This document shows, in pieces, positions 29,518 to 29,990 of a DNA stretch of 29,990 nt (its first letter is position 1; the number at the start of each line of letters is the position of its first letter). Source of the stretch: Candidatus Vampirococcus lugosii. Its GTDB lineage: Bacteria > Patescibacteriota > Gracilibacteria > Absconditabacterales > Absconditicoccaceae. Under the pieces are notes generated by a model, which saw only the letters and a list, made by a program, of their open reading frames with translations, was not told the origin of the DNA and ran no database searches. The stretch covers positions 1 to 29,990 of the forward strand of contig NZ_JAEDAM010000009.1 of assembly GCF_018420025.1 (NCBI RefSeq), in the 5' to 3' direction. Both the position numbers and the translations under genes were made by a program.

Positions 29518-29990
29518 TTAAAACATATATTCATATAAATCAATCAAAACTTTTTTATAATTAAGTAATAATTCATTATTTTGAATTGATCTAAATATTT
29601 TATTATCAAATATATTTGATAAGTTTGAATAAAATTCATATATATTTACTTCTCAATCTGGATTAAATTTATTATTTTCTGTTCATAAAATTCAAACTCA
29701 ACATGCCCATCTAATACTTGAATCATAAACTCAATCCAAATTTCAAATATCTGTAATATAACATCATTTATTTGCATTTAAATTAATTATTGAAGTATTA
29801 TCATTTATAGATTTCATTAATTTTGCTAATTCTTTTTTTGTAATAATATTATCTAATTTATTAAATATATTTTCTTTTACTACTCAATTTTTTATGTAAT
29901 AATTTATAATATTTTCAGTATTATTTTCATCTTTATTATTTTTTTTATCTATAGTTTTTTTATCTTGATTTTTTATATTATTCTTTTTTT
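29518..29990 (-). CDS. C-terminal part of a hypothetical protein with an SLH-like motif (5' end outside the window)
   Basis: The reverse-strand frame is open from the window edge to TAA (complement of 29518-29520) with TGA=Gly. It has an Asn/Lys-rich low-complexity stretch, then DSSIRWACGVGILGTENNKFNPDGEVNIYEF. This resembles the S-layer-homology pattern W.....g...G....F.P....t..E. The match was made by eye only. Confidence 0.45.

Noticed and set aside
1-29990. Reading the fragmented standard-code ORFs as a heavily pseudogenised or low-quality region
   Set aside because: The interruptions are exclusively TGA. They fall on conserved Gly positions of many unrelated families, and frames are maintained for up to 2.1 kb with proper TAA/TAG ends. 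Recoding explains this pattern and decay does not.
1-29990. Search for tRNA, rRNA or other structured RNA genes, in particular a suppressor-type tRNA explaining the recoding
   Set aside because: No locally GC-enriched segment of 70-90 nt, and no cloverleaf-like stem set, is visible in any intergenic spacer. The decoding tRNAs must lie elsewhere in the genome.

Overview
This window is very AT-rich and gene-dense. Under the standard code it looks like ORF wreckage: the supplied track finds only 60-190 aa fragments. Reading TGA as glycine (translation table 25, the SR1/Absconditabacteria-Gracilibacteria code of the Candidate Phyla Radiation) resolves it into 28 tightly packed + strand genes. One convergent - strand gene fragment sits at the right edge. 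All gene coordinates below come from my own hand translation with TGA=Gly, and every CDS ends on TAA or TAG. Recognisable genes are tex, gmk, a DUF167/YggU protein, a MoxR-type AAA+ ATPase, an adenosylhomocysteinase-fold paralog, and a WbaP-type polyprenyl-phosphate sugar transferase. Also present are dnaB, a DnaQ-like exonuclease, a degenerate PriA-like protein, an alpha/beta-hydrolase-methyltransferase fusion, and a second methyltransferase. The remainder are an editing-domain-less alaS, a 710-aa type IV prepilin fused to about 15 DUF285/BspA-type repeats, a MacB/FtsEX-type ABC pair, gatA and an Fe/Mn superoxide dismutase. The rest are lineage-specific membrane or acidic orphans. I saw no rRNA, tRNA, CRISPR array or mobile element. 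The most interesting signal is a second layer of recoding. The rare in-frame CGA and CGG codons sit on invariant tryptophans, not arginines, at both sites I could test: DNF-W in AlaRS and DV-W-EHAYY in SOD. Conserved arginines use AGA, AGG or CGT. The window therefore appears to use UGA=Gly plus CGA/CGG=Trp.
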